Origin: a bacterium
GTDB taxonomy: Bacteria > SAR324 > JACQKK01
Direction: 5' to 3'
Assembly: GCA_965240465.1 (NCBI GenBank)
Contig: OZ251219.1
Span: 832,001-896,000 of the forward strand
Length of the DNA: 64,000 bases
Below are positions 1 to 10,956 of the stretch, piece after piece (the stretch's first letter is position 1; every line of letters begins with the position of its first letter). Made by a program: the position numbers and the translations under genes. The notes beneath the pieces were generated by a model. That model was not told the DNA's origin. It saw nothing but the letters and a program-made list of their open reading frames with translations, and made no database searches.

Positions 1-690
1 AAGGTCCCCACGGACGGTGAATTAACCAATGAACAAAATTATAAGATCTGTGAAGATATTCCCGAACCGCTACTGGAGCAATATTTATCCCAAAAGGAAA
101 TAGCCATAGATACCGAATTGCACGGTTTGGAGCTATTTCGGGATCAAGTTTGCTTGGTGCAAATATGTGATCGGCAGAAACGGGCCTGTTTAATTTCTCC
201 ACAGCCTGGTAGTTTGCCTCCTAATCTCAAGCATTTGTTGACATATGCTGGAGTAATGAAGGTATTTCATTATGCCATGGGAGATGTCACCTTTTTAAAG
301 GTCAGCAATGGAGTGGATGTACATCCATTTCGCTGTACTAAAATAATGAGTAAATTGGTGCGTACTTATGCTCGTTCTCACAGTTTGGAAGCTTTGATTA
401 GAGAAGTTATCGGCAAAACCGTAGATAAAAGTAACCAGAGCTCTGACTGGGGTAAGAAAAACTTGTCCTCCGATCAATTGCAATACGCGGTCAAGGATGT
501 CTTATACCTGCTGGAAATATACGACGTGTTGCTGGATATGATGAAGCGTCGGAAAAATTATGCTACTGGCTGTCCCGTACAGGAGCTCAATGAGCGTTGT
601 CAGGCTTTTCTTCCTTCCATGGTGGCTTTGGTAATAAATGGCTTTACAGCTCCAGAAGATAGGTTTAAGGTCAACCTTTACGAGCACTAA
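1..690 (+). CDS. rnd: RNase D-like 3'-5' exonuclease (DEDDy), 5'-partial
   Basis: Frame 1 is open from base 1 (KVPTDG...EIAIDTELHGL), so the ExoI motif AIDTE lies upstream of the track's 118 start; SDW...QLQYAVKDVLYL is the ExoIII motif. Confidence 0.8.
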   Translation, partial: KVPTDGELTNEQNYKICEDIPEPLLEQYLSQKEIAIDTELHGLELFRDQVCLVQICDRQKRACLISPQPGSLPPNLKHLLTYAGVMKVFHYAMGDVTFLKVSNGVDVHPFRCTKIMSKLVRTYARSHSLEALIREVIGKTVDKSNQSSDWGKKNLSSDQLQYAVKDVLYLLEIYDVLLDMMKRRKNYATGCPVQELNERCQAFLPSMVALVINGFTAPEDRFKVNLYEH

Positions 691-742
691 CGAAGAGTGT
701 AATTAGGCTATTGGTGTTGCGATTTTTGCCATTTGCTTTTTT

Positions 743-1381
743 ATGAGTACTGCCTCAAACGATTCTCCATTTTCACCTCCCTTGCTGTTAGCGGCTTTGT
801 TTGCAGGAACACTGGCTATCTCATCTGTGCTGGCAGTCAAGATAGTACAAATAGGCGGGCTCTTTGCTCCTGCGGGGGTATTGGCTTTTTCCTTCACCTT
901 TGCCTGCACCGATATAGCTTCTGAGGTCTATGGTAGAAAGGTAGCTACTCGCTTGGTATTGGTGGGCATGGTGGTGTTAGTAGTGGTGGGGCTGCTAAGT
1001 CTTTTAGCGGTGCTCTGGCCCGCAGCACCTATTTGGCAAGACCAAGAAGCTTTTGTAGCTATCATTGGTCGTAGCCCGCGTATAATAATTGCCAGTCTGG
1101 GTGCTTATCTGGTCAGCCAAAACTTGGACATCTTTATCTTTGAGCGTCTCAAGAGGGTTGAGAGTACTCGTTTTCTATGGCTACGCAATAATGTTTCTAC
1201 CGCGATATCGCAACTAGTAGATACCAACTTATTCATTGTACTGGCATTCTATGGCTCAGGATTCCCCCTTTGGCCGCTCATTTTTGGGCAATGGATGCTA
1301 AAGCTGGTGATCGCCGTCTTGGACACTCCCTTTGTCTATCTTGGCGTTTGGTTTTATAGAAGGAAGTCTCGCGTAGGCTAG
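743..1381 (+). CDS. yhhQ: Queuosine precursor transporter (VUT/YhhQ family)
   Basis: Hydrophobic 212 aa with TDIASEVYG, SLGAYLVSQNLD, WLRNNVST, SQLVDT and DTPFVY motifs. Confidence 0.85.
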   Translation: MSTASNDSPFSPPLLLAALFAGTLAISSVLAVKIVQIGGLFAPAGVLAFSFTFACTDIASEVYGRKVATRLVLVGMVVLVVVGLLSLLAVLWPAAPIWQDQEAFVAIIGRSPRIIIASLGAYLVSQNLDIFIFERLKRVESTRFLWLRNNVSTAISQLVDTNLFIVLAFYGSGFPLWPLIFGQWMLKLVIAVLDTPFVYLGVWFYRRKSRVG

Positions 1382-1456
1382 GTTCTCAGGGGGCGGGGTT
1401 CGGATGACATTGTTGATCTTCTGGTGGCAGGCTGGATTCAATCTCTAGAATATAAA

Positions 1457-2599
1457 TCACGCATTATTTTCTTGCTGTTCTAGTTGTTTCAGTACTTCCC
1501 GACCGATATTTAGCAAGGATTGTTGTATCAGAGGCAGTTTATTTTTGGCATTAGAGCTGATGAGGTCATTGACTAGCAGGGGTTGCCCTAGGTCACCGCT
1601 TTGGCGTAGGGCTAGATCTATCGGTATTCGCCCTAGGAAGGGGATGTTTTGCTGATGGCAGGCTTTTTGGACGGTTTGGCTATCAAAAATGGGACTTTCG
1701 GTTTGGCAGTGGGGACAGATAAAGCTACTCATATTTTCAACCATGCCCAAGACGGGGACGGAGATTTTTTCAAACATGGTAATCGCCTTGAGTGCATCCG
1801 AGAGAGCTACATCTTGTGGGGTGGAGACCATCACGGCTCCTGATAGTTGGACAATTTGAGATAGTGTCAGCGGGGCATCGCCGGTGCCTGGGGGCATGTC
1901 GATTACCATGAAATCACCGCCGGGCCAATCGGTATCTCTCAAGAGCTGTTCGATCACCTTATGGATAATAGGGCCTCTCCAAATGGTGGCGGCTGCTTGT
2001 TCTATCAGATTACCAATGGAGAGAACGGATAGTCCATAGGCGCGTAGAGGCTGGATACGTTGTTGTTCGCTGAGTTCAGGTTTTTGATTTTTGAGTCCGA
2101 GCATAATAGGCAGGCTGGGGCCATAGATATCGGCATCAAATATGGATACTCTATTTCCGAAGTGCTGGAGAGCCAGTGCTAGGTTGGTGGCTATGGTGGA
2201 TTTTCCTACTCCGCCTTTGCCGCTGCCGACTGTGATCACATGGCGATAGTTTTGCAGATAAGTATTTCGTGTTTTTGCTCTGGGAGTGCTATCAGGGAGG
2301 GTGTTTTCATTTTTTGGCAGGGTAGCTACAGGAGAGATTTGATCGGCCATTCCTATTTGGAGGTCAGTTAATCCTGGCAGTGCTTGGAGGTGCTGACGGA
2401 TTTGTTTAATTATCGTCCTTCGCAAAGCTACTTTAGGAGGTAGATCCAACAATATGGAGACTTTACCATTATTGGCTATCAGGCTACGGACAACAGGGGT
2501 TTTCTGCGGTGGGAGCTGGATTTTGCTGAGGGCTTGCTTGCACAGGTCTTGCAGTTTTTGCAGGTCGTGTGGTGGGTCTGGCGGTGGGTCGGAGGGCAT
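1457..2599 (-). CDS. mrp: Mrp/ApbC (NBP35) iron-sulfur cluster carrier ATPase
   Basis: SGKGGVGKST, DADIYGPS, DMPPGTGD, ENMS and CPHC motifs. Confidence 0.92.
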   Translation of the reverse strand: MPSDPPPDPPHDLQKLQDLCKQALSKIQLPPQKTPVVRSLIANNGKVSILLDLPPKVALRRTIIKQIRQHLQALPGLTDLQIGMADQISPVATLPKNENTLPDSTPRAKTRNTYLQNYRHVITVGSGKGGVGKSTIATNLALALQHFGNRVSIFDADIYGPSLPIMLGLKNQKPELSEQQRIQPLRAYGLSVLSIGNLIEQAAATIWRGPIIHKVIEQLLRDTDWPGGDFMVIDMPPGTGDAPLTLSQIVQLSGAVMVSTPQDVALSDALKAITMFEKISVPVLGMVENMSSFICPHCQTESPIFDSQTVQKACHQQNIPFLGRIPIDLALRQSGDLGQPLLVNDLISSNAKNKLPLIQQSLLNIGREVLKQLEQQENNA

Positions 2600-2623
2600 G
2601 GATAAAGAAGGAATAAGAAAGAA

Positions 2624-2697
2624 TAAGCCGGCTGGGGATCGAACCCAGGACCCTCTGATTAAAAGTCAGATGCTCTACCTAGCTGAGCTACCGGCTC
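2624..2697 (-). tRNA. tRNA-Lys(UUU), CCA not encoded
   Basis: Reverse complement GAGCCGGTAGCTCAGCTAGGTAGAGCATCTGACTTTTAATCAGAGGGTCCTGGGTTCGATCCCCAGCCGGCTTA forms a cloverleaf with anticodon TTT. Confidence 0.95.
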
Positions 2698-2762
2698 TTA
2701 GACATACTCACGCCAGCTGATGATGGTTTGCGATGGTGTTTGGTTTAGATTGCAGTTTGCAA

Positions 2763-2836
2763 TATCCCCAAGGGGATTCGAACCCCTGTTGCCGCCGTGA
2801 AAGGGCGGTGTCCTAGGCCGACTAGACGATGGGGAC
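2763..2836 (-). tRNA. tRNA-Glu(UUC), CCA not encoded
   Basis: Reverse complement GTCCCCATCGTCTAGTCGGCCTAGGACACCGCCCTTTCACGGCGGCAACAGGGGTTCGAATCCCCTTGGGGATA has anticodon TTC. Confidence 0.95.
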
Positions 2837-3093
2837 ATTATAGAAGCGGATGTTTTGAGTAAATGTCTGGCTGCCATTTTTTTTGAGCAAATAGACCAAG
2901 GTAGATGATTCTGGCGATATGGTTATCGTTCGTTAAAAACTGATGATAACGTTTGACTATCTGTCATGGAGATTTAATTTGTCAACCTGAGATCAGGATT
3001 TAGTATTCCAAGACCGCAAATGGTTTTTACCAAATCACTGGACTTATGGGTGATGAGCCGCGGCATGTAATATCTCAGCATCCTACCCCAGAT

Positions 3094-4548
3094 TTACCTA
3101 CGCCAGAAATAGGGAGTGAACAGCATGAAAACCGTCATCAGTTCTAAGCGTCCTGCCAGCATGCCCAGCATTAAAATCCATTTGGCAAAATCAGAGAGAG
3201 GTTCATAAGTTTGGCTAGGACCCAAAGTACCCACCGTAGGCCCGATGTTGTTCAAAGCCGAAATAGCAGCTCCCAAGCTAGTGAACAGATCCAGCCCGCT
3301 GAGGGTCAACAATAGGGTAAGTATCACAATACTCATAAAAAGTAGCAGCACGAAGCTATAAATCGCATACTGTATTTTTACGTCTATATGCAATCCGTTA
3401 AAGCGAGTATCCACCACCGCCCGCGGATGAGCTAAGCGGGTAATTTGGTTGCGAATGTTTTTTATCACCAGAGCCATTCGGATACATTTCATGCCTCCAG
3501 CAGTGCTACCAATGCAACCACCGGGTAGCATCATGGCTAGCAGTAGCAACTGGGAGAATGCTCCCCAAGCAACATAGTCCGCAGAAGAATATCCCGCCGA
3601 ACTAATGATAGATATGGCTTGAAAACTAGCCTTAGTAATGATTTGCTGCCAAGAAGGATAAACATTCTGGGCGTATAAATAGGCTACAAAGACCAAAACA
3701 CCGATCAAGCACACCGAAGCAAACCAGATTAATTCTTCATCCCGTAGCTGTCGCCAGCGATAACGCCGCGAGGTTAACAACCGATAATGCAAGCCGAAGT
3801 TAACCGCTCCCAAAAACATAAACACTATCACCACCCACTCAATCGCTAGGCTGTTCCAAGCCGCAATGCCATCGGGATGAGTACTAAAGCCTCCAGTGGA
3901 AACGTTGGTGAGAGCATGGTTTATGGCATCAAAAGTGCTCATTCCCAGCAACATTAAGATGGCGGTTTCTATAATGGTGAATAACAAATACACCGACCAT
4001 AAAATTCTAGCCGTATCATGTAAGCGAGGACTAAGCCCCCCCCTAGCAGATACACTAGCCTCACGCTGATAAAGTCGCAGGCTGGCAGCACCCCTTAAGC
4101 TAGGCAATACTATCAAACCTAAGGCAATCATCCCCATGCCCCCCAACCATTGAGTCAAACTCCGCCACAACAACATTCCCTTACCCATCCTACCGTAGTC
4201 CAAAAGCACAGTCGCACCAGTAGTAGTAAAACCAGAAACCGACTCAAATACCGCATCGGTAAATGAGGGCAGTACTCCACTCGCCCAATAAGGAATAGCT
4301 CCTGCTAACCCCGCCGCGCACCAAGACAAAGTGACCGCTAAAAAACCATCCTGCAAGGATAATTCATCGGTCTTACTTCCCCAATTCATTAAACCCCAAC
4401 CCACCGCTACCGATACCAGTGCCGAAAAAAGCAACACCCCCCAAGTAGATTCATTACTATAAAGAGCCACCAAGCTCGGCAATAATTGCACCGAACCAAT
4501 CAATAACAAACACACCCCCACCACTCTGAACACCGTCCTCAAGTGCAT
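3094..4548 (-). CDS. trkH: TrkH family potassium uptake protein
   Basis: P-loop motifs FESVSGFTTTGA, STGGFS, SSAGYS, LNNIGP; WLGGMG; MLAGRLE; AGGAG RBS upstream. Confidence 0.93.
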   Translation of the reverse strand: MHLRTVFRVVGVCLLLIGSVQLLPSLVALYSNESTWGVLLFSALVSVAVGWGLMNWGSKTDELSLQDGFLAVTLSWCAAGLAGAIPYWASGVLPSFTDAVFESVSGFTTTGATVLLDYGRMGKGMLLWRSLTQWLGGMGMIALGLIVLPSLRGAASLRLYQREASVSARGGLSPRLHDTARILWSVYLLFTIIETAILMLLGMSTFDAINHALTNVSTGGFSTHPDGIAAWNSLAIEWVVIVFMFLGAVNFGLHYRLLTSRRYRWRQLRDEELIWFASVCLIGVLVFVAYLYAQNVYPSWQQIITKASFQAISIISSAGYSSADYVAWGAFSQLLLLAMMLPGGCIGSTAGGMKCIRMALVIKNIRNQITRLAHPRAVVDTRFNGLHIDVKIQYAIYSFVLLLFMSIVILTLLLTLSGLDLFTSLGAAISALNNIGPTVGTLGPSQTYEPLSDFAKWILMLGMLAGRLELMTVFMLFTPYFWRR

Positions 4549-4847
4549 ACTGCTCCTTGATTTAATTTTAGGTTAAACAAAGGCAGACTCATTACTATAA
4601 AGAGCCACCAAGCTCGGCAATAATTGCACCAAACCAATCAATGACAAACACACCCCCACCACTCTGAACACCAAGTGCATACTGCTCCTTGACTTAATTT
4701 TAGGTTAAACAAAGGCAGATTCATTACTATAAAGAGCCACCAAGCTCGGCAATAATTGCACCGAACCAATCAATAACAAACACACCCCCCCCACTCTGAA
4801 CACCAAGTGCATACTGCTCCTTGATTTAATTTTAGGTTAAACAAAGG
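4447..4847. repeat. Three tandem ~132-138 bp copies of the trkH 5' end and RBS
   Basis: Copies start at 4447, 4585 and 4717; copies 2 and 3 lack 6 nt (gtcctc). Confidence 0.95.
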
Positions 4848-4880
4848 TGGTAAGTGCTTCCTATGGTTCTAAGCAAGGCA

Positions 4881-7472
4881 TCAAGATACAGCTTGGAGGA
4901 GGTTTTTGAATACGATGCGATTAAATTTTATATCCACGAGCACATCGTGTCCTGCTTGGAGTTGTCCTTTAAGGATGGCACGGCTGATGGGAGTTTCCAG
5001 TTCTTTTTTGAGTAATCTTTTTAAGGGTCGGACTCCAAAGCGAGGTTCATAGCCTTGTTCTCCGAGCCATTTTCTGGCAGAGTTAGAGATATTCAGTTTA
5101 ATTTGTTTTTTGCTGAGGCGTTCACGGAGTGTTTCTAGTTGGAGGTCTACGATTTCTGTGAGATGTTTTTTTCCTAGGCTTTCAAACATTATGATGTCAT
5201 CCAAGCGATTGGTGAATTCGGGTGGGAAGCAGCGATAGACCTCTTGGAGTACCAGTTTGGTGGCTTGATTAGTTGGTCGGCCGCGTTCTTGAGCTTCTAG
5301 GATGTGATGTGAACCTAAGTTGGAGGTCATGATAAGGACGGTATTTTTAAAGTCCACGGTTCGTCCGTGGGAGTCAGTCAGGCGTCCTTCATCTAGTACT
5401 TGTAGGAGCAGATTGAAGACATCGGGGTGTCCTTTTTCTATTTCATCCAGCAGTACCACCGTGAAGGGACGGCGGCGTACTTTTTCGGTGAGTTGTCCTC
5501 CCTCTTCAAAGCCCACATAACCCGGTGGAGCCCCGATTAAGCGGGCGACTGAATGTTTTTCTGAGTACTCAGATATATCTATACGAACCATGTGGCTTTC
5601 GCCGCCGAATAGCTGTTCCGATAGCACCCGTGCCAGTTCTGTTTTGCCGACGCCAGTGGGTCCTAAGAACAGAAAGCTTCCCATCGGTTGAGCGGGATCA
5701 TTTACTCCAGCTCGGGCTCTCAGGATGGAATCGGCGACGGTTTTAACGGCTGCATCTTGTCCGATGACGCGTTCTTTCATATCTGTTTCAAGGTGCAAGA
5801 GTTTGTTGCTTTCGCCTTCTTTCAGGCGTGAGACAGGGACTCCCGTCCAGCGAGATACTACTTCAGCAATATCATCTGCGGTAACTTCTTCATTCAGCAA
5901 TCTTTGGCCTCCGCTAGCTGGTTTTTCTTCTAGGGCTACTTGACGTTTTTCCAGTTCTGTCAGTACTCCGTATTTCAGTTCAGCTACTCGCTGGAGGTTA
6001 TATTCTCGCTCGGCGACTTCCATGGCGTGCTTGGTTTCTTCTATCTTCTGCTTCAATTGATGACGCAAGCTCAGCTGTTTTTTCTCTTGTTCCCAGCTGG
6101 CTTTTTGCACTGACAACCGTTCGCCTAGGTTGACGAGATTTTTTTCTAGTTCCTGTAAGCGTTCTTTGGAGGCAGCATCTTTTTCCTTCAACAGCGATTG
6201 CTTTTCTACTTCCAGTTGTAGCACTCGCCGTGATAACTCATCCATTTCCGCGGGCATTGAGTCAATTTCGGTACGCATTTTGGCGGCTGCTTCGTCCATC
6301 AGGTCAATGGCTTTATCGGGCAGGAATCTGTCGGCAATATACCGATGAGATAACTCGGCGGCGGCTACCAAAGCCCCATCCTTAATACGCACCCCATGAT
6401 GAGCTTCATAGCGATCCTTCAAGCCTCGCAAAATGGAAATCGTGTCATCCACATTGGGCTGATCAACCATCACGGGTTGAAACCGTCGCTCTAAGGCTTT
6501 GTCTTTTTCCACGTACTTGCGATATTCATCCAGAGTGGTAGCTCCAATACAGTGCAACTCACCCCGTGCCAGCATGGGCTTGAGTAAATTACCCGCATCT
6601 AGTCCGCCTTCTACCTTGCCTGTTCCTACCACGGTGTGCATTTCATCAATGAACAAGATCACTTGTCCTGCGGTATCACGAATTTCCTTTAGTACCTTTT
6701 TTAGGCGTTCTTCAAACTCACCCCGAAATTTTGATCCTGCCAATAGACCGCCCAAATCCAATGATACAATTTGCTTATTTTGCAATCCATCGGGAACATC
6801 TCCTCGCACGATCCTTTGTGCTAGACCTTCTACAATGGCGGTTTTACCTACCCCTGGCTCGCCTATTAAAACGGGATTGTTCTTGGTACGACGGCTCAAT
6901 ACCTGCATCACGCGACGAATCTCTTCATCCCTCCCGATGACCGGGTCCAATTTCCCTTCCCTGGCCATAATGGTTAAATCACGACCGTATTTTAGCAAAT
7001 TCCCTTCTGAATTTTCCTCGCTTGAGCTACCTACTTTCTTGTTTTTATGCATTTCATTTACCGCAGTTGATAATCTTTGCCTGCCTACTATTGATAATAC
7101 CTTCGCGGCTTCATCATTACTACCCCCTCCTGCCAAAGCCAATAGCATATGCTCGGTACTAATGTATCCATTATGTAGCCTGCGTGCCTCAGATTCGGCT
7201 TCTGCTAATACCCGAGCAAAACCACGACTAGCATGAATTTGACCACCACCACTTACCTGCGATTGACGCTTGAGAACATTACGGGCTTCCTTTTGTATCT
7301 TTTCTACATCGCCCCCCGCCTTTTCTATCACCAGAGCCGCCAAGCTATCGGATTGTTCTAACAGGGTTTCCAGTAAATGTAACGAGGTTAACTCTGCGTG
7401 TTGCATGCTAAGAGCTTTATTTTGGGCGTCTTCCAAGGCTTGTTGAGCTTTGTCTGTGAAATTTTCTTGCAT
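4881..7472 (-). CDS. clpB: ATP-dependent chaperone ClpB
   Basis: Two AAA modules ([16 protein letters not shown]), middle coiled coil, GAPPGYVG. Confidence 0.97.
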   Translation of the reverse strand: MQENFTDKAQQALEDAQNKALSMQHAELTSLHLLETLLEQSDSLAALVIEKAGGDVEKIQKEARNVLKRQSQVSGGGQIHASRGFARVLAEAESEARRLHNGYISTEHMLLALAGGGSNDEAAKVLSIVGRQRLSTAVNEMHKNKKVGSSSEENSEGNLLKYGRDLTIMAREGKLDPVIGRDEEIRRVMQVLSRRTKNNPVLIGEPGVGKTAIVEGLAQRIVRGDVPDGLQNKQIVSLDLGGLLAGSKFRGEFEERLKKVLKEIRDTAGQVILFIDEMHTVVGTGKVEGGLDAGNLLKPMLARGELHCIGATTLDEYRKYVEKDKALERRFQPVMVDQPNVDDTISILRGLKDRYEAHHGVRIKDGALVAAAELSHRYIADRFLPDKAIDLMDEAAAKMRTEIDSMPAEMDELSRRVLQLEVEKQSLLKEKDAASKERLQELEKNLVNLGERLSVQKASWEQEKKQLSLRHQLKQKIEETKHAMEVAEREYNLQRVAELKYGVLTELEKRQVALEEKPASGGQRLLNEEVTADDIAEVVSRWTGVPVSRLKEGESNKLLHLETDMKERVIGQDAAVKTVADSILRARAGVNDPAQPMGSFLFLGPTGVGKTELARVLSEQLFGGESHMVRIDISEYSEKHSVARLIGAPPGYVGFEEGGQLTEKVRRRPFTVVLLDEIEKGHPDVFNLLLQVLDEGRLTDSHGRTVDFKNTVLIMTSNLGSHHILEAQERGRPTNQATKLVLQEVYRCFPPEFTNRLDDIIMFESLGKKHLTEIVDLQLETLRERLSKKQIKLNISNSARKWLGEQGYEPRFGVRPLKRLLKKELETPISRAILKGQLQAGHDVLVDIKFNRIVFKNLLQAVS

Positions 7473-7532
7473 GTTATATTTTGATAATGGCTAGTGGATT
7501 GTTCTTTATCTATGATGGGAAGAAACAAGCAA

Positions 7533-7618
7533 TTAATTCTTAGGATAGTTAATTCTTAGGATAGTTAATTCTTAGGATAGTTAATTCTTAGGATAGTCAA
7601 TTCTTAGGATAGTTAATT
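7533..7618. repeat. 16-bp tandem repeat (ttaattcttaggatag x5) duplicating the greA 3' end
   Basis: Directly visible; one unit contains the greA stop codon. Confidence 0.95.
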
Positions 7619-8079
7619 TTTGCGATAAGCACATTCAGGCATCCTTTGGGAATATGGATTTCCACCATATCATCTATTTTTTTGCCGATAAGAGCTCGTC
7701 CCACTGGAGTTTGAAAGGAAATGCGATTTTGTTTTAAGTCGGCTTCATCTGGACCCACGATCTGATAGCAGAGTTCTTCACCAGTATCTTGATCTTCTAA
7801 GTACACTGTAGCTCCAAAGGCGATCCGATCACTGGGATGATCGGAGAATTCCACCACTTGCAATTTGGGAAGCCGAGCATTTATCTCCTGAATTCGTCCT
7901 TCAATAAAACCCTGACGTTCCTTCGCAGCATGGTATTCGGCATTTTCGCGTAAATCGCCGTGTTCTCTGGCTTCAGCAATGGATTTTTTAATCGCAGGAC
8001 GCTCTACCGAAACTAAACGCTCCAATTCCTGTTTCAATTGCTCCATACCTATTTTGGTAATGGGAATTTGTTCTGACAT
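7597..8079 (-). CDS. greA: Transcription elongation factor GreA
   Basis: AREHGDLRENAEYHAAKE motif; ISFQTPVGRALIGK. Confidence 0.96.
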   Translation of the reverse strand: MSEQIPITKIGMEQLKQELERLVSVERPAIKKSIAEAREHGDLRENAEYHAAKERQGFIEGRIQEINARLPKLQVVEFSDHPSDRIAFGATVYLEDQDTGEELCYQIVGPDEADLKQNRISFQTPVGRALIGKKIDDMVEIHIPKGCLNVLIAKINYPKN

Positions 8080-8355
8080 AAACCCTCACTTATTTACTTG
8101 AATTTGAAACCGGTATGAAAAGTATCCTTCATTAACACGGTTTTTCAGTTGATTATTCGGTTGCTAGTTCACACTGCCACCGGCGTAATTATCCCATGTT
8201 TCGTACTATAAAAACAATAGGATGCATATTTTCTACCGCAGCAGAAAAATGTCTATGAAGAATTCGGGAAAGAGGGATATAAACTTGGGTGCGATTATTT
8301 TTTCTAGGGCCGCTAACTTTGCACCTTTATTGCAATACTTTTAGAAATTCACTTT

Positions 8356-8409
8356 TTTAGGCATTTGTTTAGGCATTTGTTTAGGCATTTGTTTAGGCAT
8401 TTGTTTAGG
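8356..8409. repeat. 12-bp tandem repeat (tttaggcatttg x4) in the divergent greA/M23 intergenic region
   Basis: Directly visible. Confidence 0.9.
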
Positions 8410-8566
8410 GATGTGTTTAGATAGTGCTAGCCTAGGAGTTCCATTAAAAAGTTGATATTTTACTCAGAATGGGAAACAATTAAGAAATAGTTATTGCCAT
8501 TGATTTTTATATCAGATAGGCTCGGATTCTGTGTTTTAATGGTACGCTTATATTTTGGAAGTGATT

Positions 8567-9499
8567 ATGTCGTGGAAAGATAATTGTGAATTCGTAATTA
8601 TATCTCCGGTGCATTCTCACATGTGGCGTTTTGCGGTTCCCGTTTGGGGACTGGTCGCCGTTTCCGTGCTAGCGATTACTTTTGCCATCGTGGGAGGACA
8701 TAGCCTGTATAACAGCTGGCAGAAAAATGCCGGCTATGCCAAAGCAGAAGTACTGCAGAATGACTACAATGAACAGCAAACAGAATTGCAACAGTTGAAT
8801 AATCAGCTGCTCTCTTTGGAGCATAAGATGGATCGTCTGGGCGAATTAGACCAAAAAATTCGTTTGATGACCAATCTTCAGGAACCGAGGGAAGATGGAT
8901 TCTTTGGAACTGGCGGCAGTACTGCTAATATCCACGCCTTACAAGTAATTGATGCCGAAAAACTTTCGCTGACGGAAATCCTAGAAAGAAACATTGAACA
9001 CCTGAGCGTACTAGCCACTCTGCAAGAAGACAGCTTTCATAACCTCAAAAGCCACCTAGCCGACAATAAAGATATCCTTGACCGTACCCCCTCTATTTGG
9101 CCCGTCAAGGGATTTATCTCTTCTCCTTATGGACCTCGCAAGGATCCCTTCACTGGTGAAATTAACATGCACCAAGGGGTGGATATTGTTGCTCCAGCAG
9201 GTGCCCCTATTAGAGCCTCTGCCGATGGCATTGTAACCGTGCAATCCGCTGACCCAGGTATGGGGCTGATGCTGGTGATAGACCACGGATATGGCGTGAT
9301 TACTCGTTATGGACACAATCAATCAAATCTGGTCAATGAAGGACAACGCGTAAGCCGCGGTGATGTCATTGCCCTGGTCGGCTCTACTGGGCGTAGCACT
9401 GGACCGCATACTCACTATGAGGTCCTCATCAGCAACATCCCCATTGATCCATCCCAGATGATGATCAGTAAAACTGCTCTACTCAACCACAATTACTAG
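8567..9499 (+). CDS. M23 family metallopeptidase (N-terminal TM helix and coiled coil)
   Basis: PSIWPVKG, HQGVDI, YGH and STGPHTHYEV motifs; ATG 8567 preferred over TTG 8555. Confidence 0.9.
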   Translation: MSWKDNCEFVIISPVHSHMWRFAVPVWGLVAVSVLAITFAIVGGHSLYNSWQKNAGYAKAEVLQNDYNEQQTELQQLNNQLLSLEHKMDRLGELDQKIRLMTNLQEPREDGFFGTGGSTANIHALQVIDAEKLSLTEILERNIEHLSVLATLQEDSFHNLKSHLADNKDILDRTPSIWPVKGFISSPYGPRKDPFTGEINMHQGVDIVAPAGAPIRASADGIVTVQSADPGMGLMLVIDHGYGVITRYGHNQSNLVNEGQRVSRGDVIALVGSTGRSTGPHTHYEVLISNIPIDPSQMMISKTALLNHNY

Positions 9500-9534
9500 C
9501 CTATAATACTAGCCCAGTTGCCCATGGCTGGGAG

Positions 9535-9700
9535 GGTCAGGGATGATGGTCAGGGATGATGGTCAGGGATGATGGTCAGGGATGATGGTCAGGGATGATG
9601 GTCAGGGATGGATGGTCAGGGATGATGGTCAGGGATGATGGTCAGGGATGATGGTCAGGGATGATGGTCAGGGATGATGGTCAGGGATGATGGTCAGGGA
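9535..9700. repeat. 13-bp tandem repeat (ggtcagggatgat, ~12-13 copies)
   Basis: Directly visible, no spacers; followed by catggttttggagg x3 at ~9732-9775. Confidence 0.95.
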
Positions 9701-9775
9701 ACTGCCTTAGCAACTACAATTACCAGCTTGGCCATGGTTTTGGAGGCATGGTTTTGGAGGCATGGTTTTGGAAGG

Positions 9776-10552
9776 TTATGGCTTTGGAGGAGACGCGCTG
9801 AGTTTATTCAGCAGTTGAGTGCGATTGGTGACTTGTTCTACTTGCTTAGTTACAATAAGTCTTAGGTGGTCGGCGAATGTCTGGGGATCATCTAAGAAAA
9901 CCATGGTAACTGCATAGCATTCCTTCTTATCGAGAAATGCATCTGGACCGGAATTCTTAATTTTGGTAAGTTTCACCCGTGCTACGCCTACCCGAATATC
10001 CAAATGAGGGCGTTCGTTGATGCAGCTTTCTATTCTTATTAGGAGTTCTGTGCCGGGCATGGGGGGGGGATGAGTCACATAGCATACTTCTATCCAGGCG
10101 GGAGCCAGTTGAATTGAATATCCCATGCATCCTTGCTGATAAATATGGGCGGGGAGTGCCCTAGTAGTCAGGTGTTCTGTCCTATAGCTATCTTCCCATA
10201 AACGCATAAATTCGCTGAGACGAACTTTCTCCTTATCGGGGATGGTGTGGTAGAGGTATTCGTTGTCCTGCTCTATATTAGGCACAGATTTATTATCTAC
10301 CCAGCCCAACATACCGCCATTGCGAGGAATATAACGATCATAATTTTCTCTTCCTTCTGGCGATTCACTATCCATATGGGGTATAGCTTGTTCTGGCTCT
10401 ACATCCCAGGTCTCTCGCCAGTTGGCATCATCCACTTCTTCCCCTGGTTCTGCGGGGTCCGCCCCATCGGCAAGGTGGGATGATGAAAATGTACGACTTT
10501 TTTCTATATCAGCTGGATGAGATTTTTTCATAGAACTGGAAGAATAATTCAT
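9776..10552 (-). CDS. Hypothetical protein, possible degenerate PilZ-like C-terminal domain
   Basis: 258-aa ORF filling the gap; acidic N-terminus and beta-rich C-terminus; canonical PilZ motifs not clearly present. Confidence 0.55.
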   Translation of the reverse strand: MNYSSSSMKKSHPADIEKSRTFSSSHLADGADPAEPGEEVDDANWRETWDVEPEQAIPHMDSESPEGRENYDRYIPRNGGMLGWVDNKSVPNIEQDNEYLYHTIPDKEKVRLSEFMRLWEDSYRTEHLTTRALPAHIYQQGCMGYSIQLAPAWIEVCYVTHPPPMPGTELLIRIESCINERPHLDIRVGVARVKLTKIKNSGPDAFLDKKECYAVTMVFLDDPQTFADHLRLIVTKQVEQVTNRTQLLNKLSASPPKP

Positions 10553-10816
10553 TGGGTATAATGGAAAAGAAGAAAATTTTTATGGCACAGTTGCTTCTAT
10601 TAAGCATCAGACTAGCAAGAAGTAACAAATTATTCACACATGAAAAACAGGGCTGTATTAGAGAATCATTTTTTTGGAAAGAAAACAAAATAAACAATCT
10701 ATAACTGATGATAAAAAATATCTTTTGTTATTGCAAATCTGTTGCCAGTTTTTCTCAGATTATCCATCTTACCAGAATGGTAACCCCCAAAAGGGCAATC
10801 CTTTTGATATAAAAAC

Positions 10817-10845
10817 TTGACAAACTTAACCGTTATGGCGAAAAT
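10817..10845 (+). promoter_or_regulatory. Putative sigma70 promoter for rpsA
   Basis: TTGACA-17 nt-GAAAAT ~110 nt upstream of the rpsA start. Confidence 0.5.
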
Positions 10846-10956
10846 GGTGTCGCCTTGATTGATGCAGGGCAAAAAATTATTTCTTTGTATCCCTTTATTT
10901 TTTTGTGTTTGTCAGTGTGCTTTGATATCTGACAAATTTTTTAGCCCTTAACTTGT

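Noticed and set aside
2624-2836. tRNA-anchored genomic island
   Set aside because: Flanks are housekeeping genes; no integrase or duplicated tRNA 3' end seen
6499-7236. 245-aa plus-strand ORF
   Set aside because: Antisense shadow of clpB
9535-9700. Possible CRISPR array
   Set aside because: Contiguous 13-bp units with no unique spacers, and no cas genes in the window
9674-9865. 63-aa ORF
   Set aside because: Starts inside the 13-bp repeat and overlaps a convergent gene; likely spurious
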